This document shows, in pieces, positions 25,225-39,153 of a DNA stretch of 64,000 nt. The notes under the pieces were generated by a model. It did no database searches. It saw only the letters and a list, made by a program, of their open reading frames with translations, and had not been told where the DNA came from. The translations under genes were made by a program, and so were the position numbers. Each line of letters begins with the position of its first letter. The first letter of the stretch is position 1. This DNA comes from Octopus sinensis (taxonomy: Eukaryota), in NCBI RefSeq assembly GCF_006345805.1, contig NC_043017.1:25606001-25670000 (forward strand). Reading direction: 5' to 3'.

Positions 25225-25843
25225 GTCTTGCGCGTTACGTTGACATCGGGAAGTGCAGCTAAACTCGCAGGTTATCCCAGCAGCACTCTTAAACCTATCC
25301 TTCCGTGACATTCTAACCATAATACGATCCCGTCTTGGTGAAGCTTTACGAGGTCTACTGGTTTGGAGTTTAGCATCTGTCGATCCTGATGACTTCAAAC
25401 GAGCTACAATTCCTACAATAGCTGCTATCATAGAAAGTGACTTGCCCTCTTGGTGAAGGCACACAATCCTTTGCTTTTCATTACTGGACACCGGTCGTCT
25501 CTCACAAGCTACCATGTTGAAAGCCGAATGTTCCAATAATGCAAGATCATAAGAAGTAACTGTTAGCCCTTTAACAGTCTTCTAAATAACAAATACCTCG
25601 GTTAGGAGTTTTTTTTTATAAGTGACCCTTAAATTTTGACCGCTGCAATTTAGAAGATTGTTTGTTTACTTCCTCATAACTTACGAAATATTCATTTCCT
25701 TCACTTGAAAATTTCACGAAAGATAGTTATTAGATCTATCTAAATATGTGTAAAATATCGAGTCTCAACGTGTAGATAAATCTTCTATAATAAATATTTC
25801 AATACACATGTTCCTACTGACCCTTATATTATGGCCGCTACTG
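25225..25843 (-). mobile_element. Tc1-like transposon, left end and transposase N-terminus (IR-DR type)
   Basis: Terminus TA|CAGTAGCGGCC on the minus strand. Inner direct repeat at 25623-25646 matches 25818-25841. ORF EKQRIVCLHQEGKSLSMIAAIVG...SRPRKASPRRDRIMVRMSRKDRF has the HTH and a GRPR-like motif. Confidence 0.82.
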
Positions 25844-26065
25844 TATATGCATCTCTCTCAGAGAGAGAAATAGTAGAAGAAATAGCTAAGATTTTTTGGC
25901 TGCTATTTCTAAAAGTTCGGTGTGTGGTAAAGTAAATTATGTTACTGAACCCTAATTATATAACGTAATGTTTTAAATACACCGTAAATGGTCTTTTTAC
26001 ATACTGAACACTACTTGGTAAAATTAATAAATAATTAATTGATTTTACCCTTTTATTATTGATAT

Positions 26066-26104
<39 letters not shown>

Positions 26105-26498
26105 ATGGAATCTTGATTTTATTTTTAAAGGAGAAGAGAGGCCTTAATGTGGTGTAGTTTGTGGCAAAATGCTGTGAAATGATTCTATAAAACCAACAAA
26201 GTTAAAGCAGCAGTTACTGAACGTTCGTTCATTTTCAACATGGACCAAAGATAAACGTTCTTCTGCATGCTGTAGGGGTGGTCTTAAAAGGATTGAACTG
26301 GATTCAATAGAAGCGTTTCAAAAAGTGAATAAGATAGTTACTGGAGTTTATGGCATTACTTGAAAGAGCAAAGTAGAAAAAAAATACATTCAATTGGAGA
26401 GATTTTGATCCCATTTCGATTTCTCAAAATGGTGGAAATTTTATTGGGGAACAGACAGGAGATAAAACTTGCAGCAGTTCCACTGTAAAACAGAACTG

Positions 26499-26916
26499 GG
26501 ATCTTTTCGGTTTGACCGGCAGTTTTTTCTAGCGGTGTCATATGAAATTGTCACCCATAAATGAAATTGCGACCCTAGTATCGATCTATTGCATTTCAAT
26601 CTCTTTTAGGGTTAGGGTTAGGGGAAGGGTATCTTTTTTTCTTCACAAATGTAAATAAAACCAATCTGTTTCTTAAACGAGGGACATATTCATACGGCAC
26701 AGAATGTTCTTTAACTCAATAGACGTCACTGATTGGTTGAAATTGCAGAAATTGAAGAAAAAAAAACAACAAATATCTTACAAACTATAGACTTTTCTCA
26801 ATAAACCCAAGAGAAAAAGATGATTTATAAACGCATTCTACCAGTATACGAAGTTTAAAATTTTTTAGTTACCTAGAAATTATGTTAAAAAACATCCGTT
26901 CAAACCGAAAAGATCC
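26499..26916. mobile_element. Second copy of the TTAGGG-containing MITE
   Basis: Same TIRs and body as 21070-21492, with a different 8-bp TSD cagaa(c/t)tg (26491-26498 and 26917-26924). Confidence 0.92.
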
Positions 26917-27487
26917 CAGAATTGTTTAAAAGAGGATTAGAGACAAGGCCATTGGCATGAAGGACCAAGTTGTGCAGGAAATCGTCTTCAGTGACTGACA
27001 TTTGCAAGATATGGTCTTCTAGGTTTATTTAAAGCGGAGTTTCTTTTTCGTTCTCTTATTGAAATGATTTAAAGGTTTCGTATTTTGGAAAAGGTTTCAT
27101 CTTCTATGGAATTCGAAAAATATTTCGTGGGACAATGTCTGAGGATGCCATACAGATGGAGCACCAACTAATTTTGAGAACAATTTGCGGAATTTAAAAT
27201 GTATGAAAAAGTGAGCTCTGAAAATGGATGACACTCACTCACAAACATTTCCAGTTACTCCACAGAAAAGTTTTGAATAAAATCGAGAATTTTTATCCTC
27301 AGTTCATGACATTTCAAGCAATTATGTATTGACAGGGATTCAGAAAAAACAACAACAACAACAACAAAATTTGATTTCTTCCTTACAAATGGTGGATGAC
27401 TTTCAAGAAGAAATATATTACTGAACGAGTATTTGAATTTAGAGACGAACTCGAATATATATATAATAAAAAAATAAAATAAAATAT

Positions 27488-28693
27488 ATGTGCCCTTTTT
27501 AAAGCCTAGCCAGGATCATGGGCCCGGTTTCCCGGTTTCTATGGCATATATCTTCCCCCACTGGACGGGACGCCAGTCCATCTCAGCGTTACTCATTTTT
27601 GCTGGCTGAGTGGACTAGAGCAACGTGAAAATGAAGTGTTTTGCAAAAAAAAAAAACACAACGCGTCGCCCGGTCCAGGAATCGAAACCACAATCTTACG
27701 ATCATGATGCTGACACCCTTAACCACTAAGTCACACGCCTCCACATGCGCCCTTTTAAAGTCTAGCCAGGTTCATGGGCCCGGTTTCCCGGTTTCTGTGG
27801 CGTATGTGTTCCCCAGCTGGACAGGACGCCACTCCATCGCAGCGTTACTCATTTTGCCAGCTGAGTGGACTGGAGCAACGTGAAAATGAAGTGTTTTGCT
27901 AAAAATCACATGTCGCCTGGTCCAGGAATCTAAACCACAATCTTACGATCATGATGCTGACACCCTTAACCACTAAGCCACGCACCTCCACATGCGCCCT
28001 TTTAAAGCCTAGCCAGGCTCATGGGCCCGGTTTCCCGGTTTCTGTGGCGTATGTGTTCCCCAGCTGGACAGGACGCCACTCCATCGCAGCGTTACTCATT
28101 TTGCCAGCTGAGTGGACTGGAGCAACGTGAAAATGAAGTGTTTTGCTAAAAATCACATGTCGCCTGGTCCAGGAATCGAAACCACAATCTTACGATCATG
28201 ATGCTGACACCCTTAACCACTAAGCCACGCACCTCCACATGCGCCCTTTTAAAGCCTAGCCAGGCTCATGGGCCCGGTTTCCCGGTTTCTGTGGCGTATG
28301 TGTTCTCCAGCTGGACAGGACGCCACTCCATCGCAGCGTTACTCATTTTGCCAGCTGAGTGGACTGGAGCAACGTGAAAATGAAGTGTTTTGCTAAAAAA
28401 CACAACATGTCGCCCGGTCCAGGAATCGAAACCACAATCTTACGATCATGATGCTGACACCCTTAACCACACGCCTCCACATGCGCCCATTTAAAGCCTA
28501 GCCAGGCTCATGGGCCCGGGTTCCCGGTTTCTATGGCGTATGTTTCCCCCAGCTGGAGTAGAGTGGAGCAACGTGAAAATTAAGTGTTTTGCAAAAAAAA
28601 AAAAAAAACACAACGCGTCGTCCGGTCCAGGAATCGAAACCACAATCTTACGATCATAGTGCTGACACCCTAACCACTAAGCCACGCGCCTCC

Positions 28694-28694
<1 letters not shown>
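27488..28694 (-). repeat. Tandem array of five CORE-like tRNA SINEs (family D), period ~247 bp
   Basis: Units end at 27744, 27991, 28238, 28480 and 28694. Most have the A box tggcttagtgg and B box gtttcgattcc (some with substitutions or deletions) and a CORE-like gcaaaacacttcattttcacgttgctccagtccactcagctggcaaaatg. Confidence 0.92.
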
Positions 28695-28731
<37 letters not shown>

Positions 28732-29430
28732 TTATTTGAAATTCAGAGCAAGATGGCAAAGCCTTTTTTGCCTGAACGATGAGCACTAGAACTTATCTGT
28801 TTGATAGTTTGAGCAGCTGACTGAATAAATTGAATGTTCAAATGCCAGGAAGGAATATAAACATCATAAAATTAATCGATTCTTTGAAAACTTTCAGGAG
28901 CAAACAGGAAAATCCGAAAATAATGTAATAAAATATTGTAAAACTCGAGAAACTGTCACCAATTCTTTTTGTTGTTGTTGTTGGTGGTGGTGAAGACCAA
29001 GTGACTTCCAGAATCAGAATTTGTAAAAAAAAAAAAGAAGATTGAAGAAATTTGCAACATTAGACAGTTCTGAAAAATGAAATCAGCCTATATTTTCCTA
29101 TATTAAATGATGAGAAGTTAGATTTAGTGTGAAATCTGTTTAAATTGTCAGTTGGAAAAAAAAAAGTTACTTGATGACTGTCAAGATGAATGGAGCAGTA
29201 GAAATTTTCAGGATCAAGAGATATGTTCGGTGAGAAATCAATCACAGAATTTTAACCCTTGCCATTATGTGTGATTCCTACACAGAAGTGGCAGAAAGAT
29301 CTATACGTGTATCGCATTCGATAATGATAAGGGTAAAATTAATTAATTAGTAATTAATAATTTTACCAAGCAGTGTTCAGTATGTAAAAAGACCATTTAC
29401 GGTATATTTAAAACATTACTTTATATAATT

Positions 29431-29812
29431 GGAAGCACTCCGTCGGTTACGACGACGAGGGTTCCGGTTGATCCGAATCAACGGAACAGCCTGCTCGTGA
29501 AATGAACGTGTAAGTGGCTGAGCACTCCACAGACACGTGTACCCTTAACGTAGTTCTCGGGGATATTCAGCGTGACACAGAGAGTGACAAGGCCGGCCCT
29601 TTGAAATACAGGTACAAGAGAAACAGGAAGTAAGAGTGAGAGAAAGTTGTGGTGAAAGAGTACAGCAGGGATCACCACCATCCCCTGCCGGAGCTGCGTG
29701 GAGCTTTAGGTGTTTTCGCTCAATAACACTCACAACGCCCGGTCTGGGAATCGAAACCGCGATCCTATGACCGCGAGTCCGCTGCCTAACCACTGGGCCA
29801 TTGCGCCTCCAC
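29431..29812 (-). mobile_element. SINE family C, full length
   Basis: Head gtggaggcgcaatggcccagtggttagg...gtttcgattccc. TSD actttatataatt (29418-29430 and 29811-29823). Inserted in an AT-rich repeat also seen at ~25860-26060 and ~39575-39725. Confidence 0.92.
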
Positions 29813-30288
29813 TTTATATAATTAGGGTTCAGCAAAAGAATCTACTTTACCACACACCGCTTTTATTTAGGTCTAGATACTGTTCCTGGTGTGATACGAA
29901 TTAAAAACCTTATAAAAGGGGACTGGACTGAAAACTTCGAACCATTTTTTTTTCGATTCGCCATGGTTTCTTCTTCAGTCGCGATACTTTCGCAGATTCC
30001 CATGATTCTCAGTCGACTCCCAATTCCATTGTTATAAAGTTGAATTGGGAGCTTGAGTCATGGTAAATCTTTCATTAGTTGAATACTCAACCAAGGGCTC
30101 TGCCCTTGCAGATGTGTCTGTAGTTACTCTCTCGATGGGGCTGCAGACATGGCGGATTGGCAAGAGGTAGCGGTAGAACTCAACTGACCTAACAGTGCTT
30201 TTTACATTGAAGCTGTGAGGAGGAATCCTAGATCAACGGTTAGAAAAATTCCTGTCTTGAGTCAAAGTAAATCTTTCATTAGCAGATT

Positions 30289-30658
30289 TTTATTTCTTTA
30301 TTGCCCACAGGGAGCTACACACAGAGGGGACAAACAAGGACAGACAAACGGATTAAGTCGATTACATCGACCCCAGCACGTAACTGGTACTTGTTTAATC
30401 GACCCCAGCACGTAACTGGTACTTGTTTAATCGACCCCGAAAGGATGAAAGGCAAAGTCGACCTCGGTGGAATTTGAACTCAGAACGTAACTGCAGACGA
30501 AATACCTATTTCTTTACTACCCACAAGGGGCTAAATACAGAGGGGACAGACAATGACAAACAAACGGATTAAGTCGATTACATCGACCCCAGGACGTAAC
30601 TGGTACTTGTTTAATCGACCCCGAAAGGATGAAAGGCTAAGTCGACCTCGGTGGAATT
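30289..30658 (-). mobile_element. SINE B dimer with the same body-body junction
   Basis: Junction gacgaaatac|ctatttctttac at ~30497-30518. Internal ~34-bp duplication. Confidence 0.88.
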
Positions 30659-30659
30659 T

Positions 30660-30868
30660 TTTGGTGAAGGATGGAGTTCGATGCTACTGCCCTCTTTTGA
30701 GTTTCTTGCTTAGACAGATATTGGCTCATCCGGGATCTCAGCGAGCCAGAGGTCGAGTTCACGTTTGAAAACGTCTACATTCACTCCACGGAGGCTCCTC
30801 AGATGCTTCGGCAGACAGTTCAACAGGTGTGGACCCTTGAAACCCAAGCTATTGCAGTACATCGTCCT
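30660..30868 (-). mobile_element. CR1/L2-group LINE C-terminal fragment
   Basis: My translation of the minus strand: YCNSLGFKGPHLLNCLPKHLRSLRGVNVDVFKRELDLWLAEIPDEP...ASNSILHQ. Confidence 0.75.
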
Positions 30869-30954
30869 ATACACACGTAAATATGCCTATACACAATCAG
30901 TATGTAAGAGCGCGCTTTACTTTGAACTATGCATATATGTATGTATGTATATAT

Positions 30955-31138
30955 ATATATTAATAAATAAAACATATGCATATATATAAACATATATGTA
31001 CGTACCTACCTCAACATGTACATATACACGCATATATGAGTACAGGACACCAAAAGGACGTCGAACACAATGAGAAACGAAAACATAGACACAAACCAAA
31101 GGAAGTGGACATTTTTTTAAACAACAAAAAAAATAGAG

Positions 31139-31140
<2 letters not shown>
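30955..31140. repeat. Interspersed repeat with an inverted copy at ~40190-40390
   Basis: ORFs 30976-31440(+) and 40086-40451(-) share HVHIHAYMSTGHQ.DVEH.EKRKHRHKPKE, which reflects DNA identity. Confidence 0.85.
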
Positions 31141-31169
<29 letters not shown>

Positions 31170-31387
31170 GTATGTGTATAGGTGTGTATATGTGTCTATG
31201 CAAGTGAATACATGTCTTGAACCATACTTTAAAAGCTTTTCCTGTTACCAAAATATTTTGGAATATACTATGCACAGCTACAATGATCTTAGACATTTAA
31301 ATACCAAGAAAACAAGAACGACTACAGCAACACCGAAAATAAGAAAAAAAAGTGCCTCTCTCTCTCTCTCTATATATATATATATGT

Positions 31388-31424
<37 letters not shown>

Positions 31425-31766
31425 TATTGTAATAATATAGCATAAATAGCTGCGATCAAAACCGCCCTCTCTTTCCATTTCTACGACAAAAATAAAAAAA
31501 CTAAACTAACTCCAAACAAACCAACAATATAGTAAATAATAATAATGATAATAAAAAAAATCAAGCATTAAAGCAATATACAAAAAAAAAACTCCCAAAA
31601 AACGATTCAAAACAACGGAAAAAAAATGAGGATTTCTCCGTTTTCTAAAACGTTCGTTAAAGAAAAGATGGCGGAAATAGCAAACACATTTTGATATAAA
31701 AGGTACGAACGAGATTTACCGTATCACAGTTCAATGTCGTCAGTTTCGTTTTCAATTACTACTATT

Positions 31767-31801
<35 letters not shown>

Positions 31802-32354
31802 GGTAGTGTTTTCTTTTCTATTTTTTTCTCTTGGTGTTAACGTTTTACATTTTTCTTATATATATATATTTTTTTGCATTTGTTTTCTTTGTAGTTGTTT
31901 TCAATTACGTTTTTTATCTGCCTTCTCTCTCTCCCTCCTTCAATCTCTCTCACTCATTCTCTCTCTCTCTCTCTCTCTCGTGCTCTGTCTTTCTCCTCCT
32001 CGTTCTTGTCTTCCTCGCTATACAGCCTTTATATTGTAATGGCTGATAATGAATGCAGTTGTGTTTACCATAAAACAACCATAAATTATGGTGGAAATCT
32101 TTTAGTATCTCCAAAACACTTGTTTATTCGTCGATAGCACGCTGAAAGTGTTTCCTTCTTTCTATCTTCCATTCGTTTTTCTCTTTTCTAATATTTCTTT
32201 ATTTATCTTTTATTCTCTTTGTTTTGATTTTTTTTTTAGCTGTTACAATCAGTCGACAACAATTGTATTTTGAGAGTACGACAACCGTATTACAGCTATC
32301 ATGTGACCTATGACAGACGAACTTCCGTTTTATTGTTACGCTCCAAACAAGCAT

Positions 32355-32412
32355 ATACATACACACATGCATACACACAGATACACACACATATACACAT
32401 AGGTATATATTA

Positions 32413-32446
<34 letters not shown>

Positions 32447-32812
32447 CACATACATATATATATACATATATATACACATATATGTATATACATACATATG
32501 TATATACATATACATACATATATATGCATATATATACATATATACATTATATTTATATATATACATACACATATAATTACATATATATACATATATACAT
32601 ACACATATAATTACATATATATATACATATATACATACATACATATATAAATACATATACATATATATATATACATACATATATACATACAAATACATAC
32701 ATGCATACATAGATACATGCATGCATACATAGATACATATATACATACATAGACACATACATACATATATGCATGCATGCATATATAGATACATACGTAC
32801 ATATATATATAT

Positions 32813-32846
<34 letters not shown>

Positions 32847-32851
32847 CGTAC

Positions 32852-32884
<33 letters not shown>

Positions 32885-32894
32885 TACGTACATA

Positions 32895-32925
<31 letters not shown>

Positions 32926-33113
32926 CGTACATATATATATATACATACATACATATATATATATACATACATACATATATATATATACATACATATATAT
33001 ATACATATATATATACATAGATATATATATAGGCATATATATATATACATATATATATAGGCATATATATACATAGATATATACACACACATATATATAC
33101 ATAGATATATATG

Positions 33114-33147
<34 letters not shown>

Positions 33148-33380
33148 TATATTCATACATATATACATACATATATATATATATACACATACCTGCATAT
33201 ATATACATATTTGTACATATATACACACATACATATATCCACACACATATACATATACGTATATACATACATATATATATATATATAAATTCATATGTGT
33301 GTGTGTGTGTATATATATATAAATACATATACGCATAGGCACACACGCATATATACATCATATACATAAATGCATGCATG
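32355..33380. repeat. (TA)/(TACA) microsatellite field
   Basis: Seen directly. Confidence 0.95.
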
Positions 33381-33632
33381 TGTGTAAATGTGCGTTATGT
33401 CAAAAAAAAAAAAAAAAAAAAATCGAAGCTGCCATTTAAGTCGCTGAAAGAAGTAAGAAGCAAATAAAGGCAACGTGTTGTTCTCGAACTACTTTTCCTC
33501 TGAAACATTTCCAAAATATCGATTCCTTAATTGTGGACATAAAAATGAATTACCACGAGATTCTGCGAAGCTCTCGAATCTCCCATGGAGCATCAGAGGC
33601 GCAAGGAAAACGAAACAGCTGAAAAAAAGTGG

Positions 33633-33925
33633 GTGGAAGTACATGGCCTAGTGGTTAGAGCAGCGGACTCGCGGTCAAGGGATCGCGGGTTCGAATCTCA
33701 GACCGGGCGATGCGTGTGTTTATGAGTGAGAACACCTAAGCTCCACGCGGCTCCGGCAGAGGGTAATGGCGAACTTCTGCTGACTCTTTCACCACAACTT
33801 TCTCTCACTCTTTCCCCCTGCATCTTGCAGTTCACCTGCGACGGACCGGCGTCCCGTCCAGGTGGGGAAACCGGGAAAACCGGCCCTAATGAGCCAGGTA
33901 TGGCTCAAGAAGGAACAAACAAACA
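33633..33925 (+). mobile_element. Chimeric-architecture SINE: family C head plus family D tail
   Basis: The 5' part matches the SINE C head up to actctttcaccacaactttctctcactctt. The 3' part gcgacggaccggcgtcccgtccagg...aaaccggga..accggccc matches the D tail. Confidence 0.85.
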
Positions 33926-34760
33926 AAAAAAAAAATAGGGGTGAAAATATATCAAACAGCCAAAAGGAGTTGACTTGACAGAACGTACGGTTGAACAATA
34001 TTTCCCGAGTCGAAAATGATATGGAAACTAAGACTCTTTACTCTCTTTTACTTGTTTCAGTCATTTGTCTGCGGCCATGCTGGAGCACCGCCTTTAGTCG
34101 AGCAAATGGACCCCAAGTATCCCGTTCAGCAGTTGTGACCCCGGTCCATTATACGCCGTGGAAACCGGATGATAGACCATATGAGTCCTAGGGCACGAGT
34201 CGGTACTCACTTCTGAGTTTAATTTTAGGTCTGAGGTGACGTTGTCATCCTTCCTGAGATCGATAAAATAAGAACCAATCAAGTACCCACGTTGATCGAA
34301 TTGGGTATAATTATACCCAACTTTAATAACCTTGTACCTATATCAGAAATCTATATTTACATCTACAGTATATTTCGATATATCTGATTCCCGGCTATCA
34401 TCAAGTGTTTTGTTTTTGGATATTGTTTTTTTAAAACTTGTTTAAGTAATTAGGCTGTGGCCATGCTGGGGCATCAACTTGAAAGTTGAGTCGAACAACT
34501 CGACGACAATATTTACATATATTTTTTTTTAAAGTATGGTACTTATTCTACCAGTTTCTTTGCCGAATCGCTAAGCAACAGGGATGAAAGCAAACCAACA
34601 TCGGTTGTCAAGAGAGGACAGGCTACGCAAAAAGGCACACACACAGATGGGCCTCCACATGGTTTCCAAATTTTCTTCCAAGGATTTGATCGTCCAGAGA
34701 AATGGTAGAAGACACTTTCTTGGTGCAATCCTATGGTCATTCGTGGCCGAAGGGGGTCCC

Positions 34761-34801
<41 letters not shown>

Positions 34802-35216
34802 CTTATTTATTCAAAGGGCACAATGCATGCATTCAAATACTACTAATAATTTCATATGTTGAGAAATACTGAAACATATTCTTCAGGCGCAAACCACATA
34901 TCGTAATATTTAACTCTCACCAGATGGAGTACTTCTTTTGTTGAATTTTCTACAACATAACATTACATTATATATAGAATGGGCTAACAAGACTTGTTGG
35001 TTGGTTGGTTGAGAAGCAAATTTCTTATTACACAGCCACACCTCCACCAACACACACATACACACACACGACGGGCTTCTTTCAGTTTCCGTTTGCCAGA
35101 TTCACTCACAAGATTTTGGTCGGTGCGGGTCTATAGTGAAACATCCTTGCTCAAGGTAGCACGCAGTGGGATTGAACCCTACAGAACATGGTTGGGAAGC
35201 AAGCATCTTACAGAAA

Positions 35217-35446
35217 CTGTTTCTTTATTGCCTACAAGGGGCTAAGCATAGAGGGGACAAACAAGGACAGACAAACGGATTGAGTCGATTACATCGACCC
35301 CAGTGCGTAACTGGTACTTAATTTATCGACTCCGAAAGGATGAAAGGCCAAGTAGACCTCGGCGGAATTTGAACTCATAACGTAACGACAGACGAAATAC
35401 GGATACGCATTTCGCCCGGCGTGCTAACGATTCTGCCAGCTCGCCA
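35217..35446 (-). mobile_element. SINE family B next to a partial SINE A
   Basis: Full B body and head. Confidence 0.88.
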
Positions 35447-35899
35447 ACGAAATATCACAATCTAATATTCTCGCCACAGACTGGACACAGCTTCAAGCAG
35501 TGTCCAGTTCATTGCAAGATTCAGGACCAACTCCCTGCGCTAAGTATAATCAATGACCATTACGTTCTTTGCCCTCAGATGAGAAACCAACCTTGTACAA
35601 AGGTGACGGTCGTTGTTCTTTCTCCTCCGAGAAAACCATTAGAAAAAATACATATATTCTATAGAGTACATTCCCTCGGTGACCCACCACACTCGGCACA
35701 AGAGGAAATTCTATTTTATATTCACACATTTTTCCCATTGCATCCTGTAAATTACACAGAATAAGTAAACCTGGCAAGGTTCCACGCTGCCTCAGTCAAT
35801 ATATATATCTGCGTATCGATATGTAGATGTATATTTAGAAAGGCAACATGCCAATACACTGCTTCTAGTATGCATTGTGCATAGAAAGACATATTTACA

Positions 35900-35911
35900 T
35901 ACACAATGCAA

Positions 35912-35951
<40 letters not shown>

Positions 35952-36278
35952 TATATATACACACATAATAATATATATATAACATATATACATACGCATA
36001 TATATAGCATTATGTACAATGCCATATAAGGACGTATATATACATACGCATGTATATATAAATGCATATATTATATATATTATATATACACACATATGCA
36101 TATATTTATATACACGTATGCATTATTTATATTATATATATATATACACATATGCATATATATATACACACATGCATATGTATAAATATACATATGCGTG
36201 TATATACATATCTACATATATACATATATATATATACATATCTATATATACATATGGATATATATATATATATATATA

Positions 36279-36309
<31 letters not shown>

Positions 36310-37222
36310 CACACACACACATATATACACACACACATATATATATATAACTGTTTGGATGCGTATGTGTGTGTGTGCGTGCATATTATATATATGTTTA
36401 CATTTGTGTATTCGTGTCTATGCATACACAAACCCATGCACACATGCACGCATATAGACGTCCATATGTACATGTGTGTACCTGCGCACGTGCGTGAGTG
36501 TGTGTGTCTGTGTGCTTGTGTGTGTGTATTTGTGTGTGTATATAAATCAATAGAGAGATGTCCATCATCTTGCTTTCCTTTCTCTTTATTTTCCCTTTAT
36601 TCGTCTCTCAGTATATTTTATAGACACATTCATCAGTCATACAATCTATACATAAACGAGCCTTTGTACATACATACATATCATATACACACATATATAT
36701 ATAATATGCATATTGCATTGACCCATATAAAGGAACACTCATGCATTTCTAATTACTGTTTAGTAGGATATATAAATGTGTGTGTATGTGTTGTACGCGA
36801 ATGTGTGTGTTTATGTTCACATATGATGTGTACATTTATTCACGTTCGGTCTCTGTTTCCTCTCCAGCCTACAACGTGTGTGCATGCTTATATATCTGCG
36901 CGAATGTGTGTGTGTGTGTGTGTGTGTACGTACGTCTGTAATCTACATTTACACATGTACATAACCCGGACAAATTATATATATATATCTGCACATACAG
37001 CTTTATATATATATTTATACACACATACATATATATATATATATACAGATATATATATACATATATATACACATTTATATATATACATATATATATATGC
37101 ATATATATATACATACATATATATATACACACACATTCATATAACTGTACATATATATATATCTATTCATACTTATATACACACTCGTACCTACATTTTC
37201 ATATTTACATAACCCAGAGAAG

Positions 37223-37257
<35 letters not shown>

Positions 37258-37290
37258 TACATATATGTATGTATGTATGTATGTATTGAA
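35900..37290. repeat. (TA)/(TG)/(CA) microsatellite field
   Basis: Seen directly. Confidence 0.9.
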
Positions 37291-37993
37291 AAGCTGACTG
37301 TGCTCCGCCTATAGTAATCTGTTTTATCCCAGTTGCATTTATTAATTATTAAATTATTTAATAAAGACAATCACTACTCATTACCCCGTTCCCACCACGA
37401 CCACTTCAACCGTCGAGCAATCGTTCACTCCATGCCGCCATTTCTGATCTAAATTCCCCTTTAAAACCGTTCAGTTTTATCAACTGTTGTCTGCGCTAGC
37501 GTAATGGCGGAATTTTCCAGTTTTATCAAGCGCTGTACAGTAGTCATAATAAAGATAAACGTTTATCGTCTGCTGTTAGATTTTCTGTTTGTTTATTTGT
37601 TTGTTTGTTTGTTTGTGTTGTTGTTGGTTTTTCTTTTCTTTTTTCTTTTTTTGAATAGTTTCTGTCGGGTATTAGAGTTATGGCATGAAGGCAAGCAATC
37701 GAAAGATGTATTTGATCGATGTTACTATGTCTGACTTTAGCTGTCTTCTAAACATTTTCGGGGGAAAACTATCAAGGGAGCTTCTATGATTCTGCGTGCT
37801 TGTTCGTTCGAGCTACAAGAAATAGCAGCTAAATTTCCACCGAAACAGATCTAATTTTTTTAAATGGGAGGTAACACTGGATTACGTAACCGTGAAAATG
37901 AAATTTAAATAAAAAAAAACTCAAAAAGCTGAAGAAGACGCGATGATCACGGTTGGCAAGCCTTTGAGATTATGTATGCGTGAAGTCATAACC

Positions 37994-39153
37994 AAGGTGG
38001 CTTCACTATAGACGGGGAGATGATTCAGGAAGTGAATGATTTTGTGTACTTGGGACCACAATCAGCACCAATGGATCAAGTACACCAGAGATACGGAAGG
38101 AGGCTCGCGATAGCGAGGCAAGCGGTTCAAGATATGGAGGACATCTGGAAGAGCCGTGGCGTGTCAATACTGCTGAAGATAAGGCTACTTCGGGCTGCCG
38201 CTTTCTCTATTGCGATGTATGGCTGCGAGTCGTGGACAATGTTGAGGGCAGACGAGAAAAGAGTGAGCGCTTTTGAAATGTGGTGTTACCGCAGAATCCT
38301 TAGAGTGTCGTGGACGGAGAGAAGGATGAACAACTGGGTACTAGAAAAGCTCGGTTATTTCTTTACTACCCACAAAGGGCTAAATACAGAGGGGATAAAC
38401 AAGGACAGACAAAGGGATTAAGTCGATTACAAAGGGATTAAGTCGATTACAAAGGGATTAAGTCGATTAACTGGTACTTAATTTATCGAGAAGGCGGCGA
38501 GCTGGCAGAAACGTTAGCACGCCGGGCGAAATGCTTTGCGGTATTTCGTCTGCCGTTACGTTCCGAGTTCAAATTCCGCCGAAGTCGACTTTGCCTTTCA
38601 TCCTTTCGGGGTCGATTAAATAAGTACCAGTTACGCACTGGGGGTCGATATAATCGACTTAATCCGTGTGTCTGTCCTTGTTTGTCCTCTCTGTGTTTAG
38701 CCCCTTGTGGGCAGTAAAGAAATAGGTACTTAATTTATCGACCCCGAAAGGATGAAAGGCAAAGTCGACCTCGGCGGAATTTGAACTCAGAACGTAACGA
38801 CAGACGAAATACGGCAACGCATTTCGCCCGGCGTGCTAACGTTTCTGCCACCTCGCCGCCTTTAAAGAAAAAAGCTCGGTTTGTGAGATGACGCTTCGGC
38901 GAAACATCATGAAGTGGAAGCTACAGTTCTTTGGCCACGTCATGCGCCGGGATGGACTTGAACGAACGATCATAACTGGCAAGGTGACCGGCAGACGTAA
39001 AAGAGGCAGATCACCCACTTCTTGGCTGAAAGACATTGCAGCCACAGGATTGTCTTTATTCTCAGCTGTCCATGGGGTTGAGGACAGGAGAAGGTGGTAG
39101 GACATCGTGATGACCACAGCAGCGCATAGTGCGACACCTGACTAGGATGATGA
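37994..39153 (+). mobile_element. 5'-truncated RTE (BovB-like) LINE interrupted by nested SINE B copies
   Basis: FVYLG...YGCESWT...AFEMWCYRRILRVSWTER, then LQFFGHVMRRDGLE...GKVTGRRKRGR. (GAT)n tail. TSD tgaagtcat(a/g)acc at 37981-37993 and 39154-39166. Confidence 0.93.
38357..38862. mobile_element. SINE B (+, ~38492-38726) inserted within SINE B (-)
   Basis: Inner TSD ggtacttaatttatcga (38473-38489 and 38725-38741). Outer TSD a(g/a)aaaagctcggtt (38343-38356 and 38868-38881). Confidence 0.9.

Noticed and set aside
22605-28694. CRISPR-like regular repeats
   Set aside because: Units are contiguous SINE copies without unique spacers, there are no cas genes, and the context is eukaryotic.
26150-29305. 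Possible decayed hAT transposase (VIP...VAERS near 29270-29302)
   Set aside because: Only one short frameshifted motif is visible. A translated HMM search would be needed.
9438-33710. True tRNA genes at 9438, 20640, 29740 and 33633
   Set aside because: A and B boxes are present, but I see no complete cloverleaf and each continues into a SINE body.
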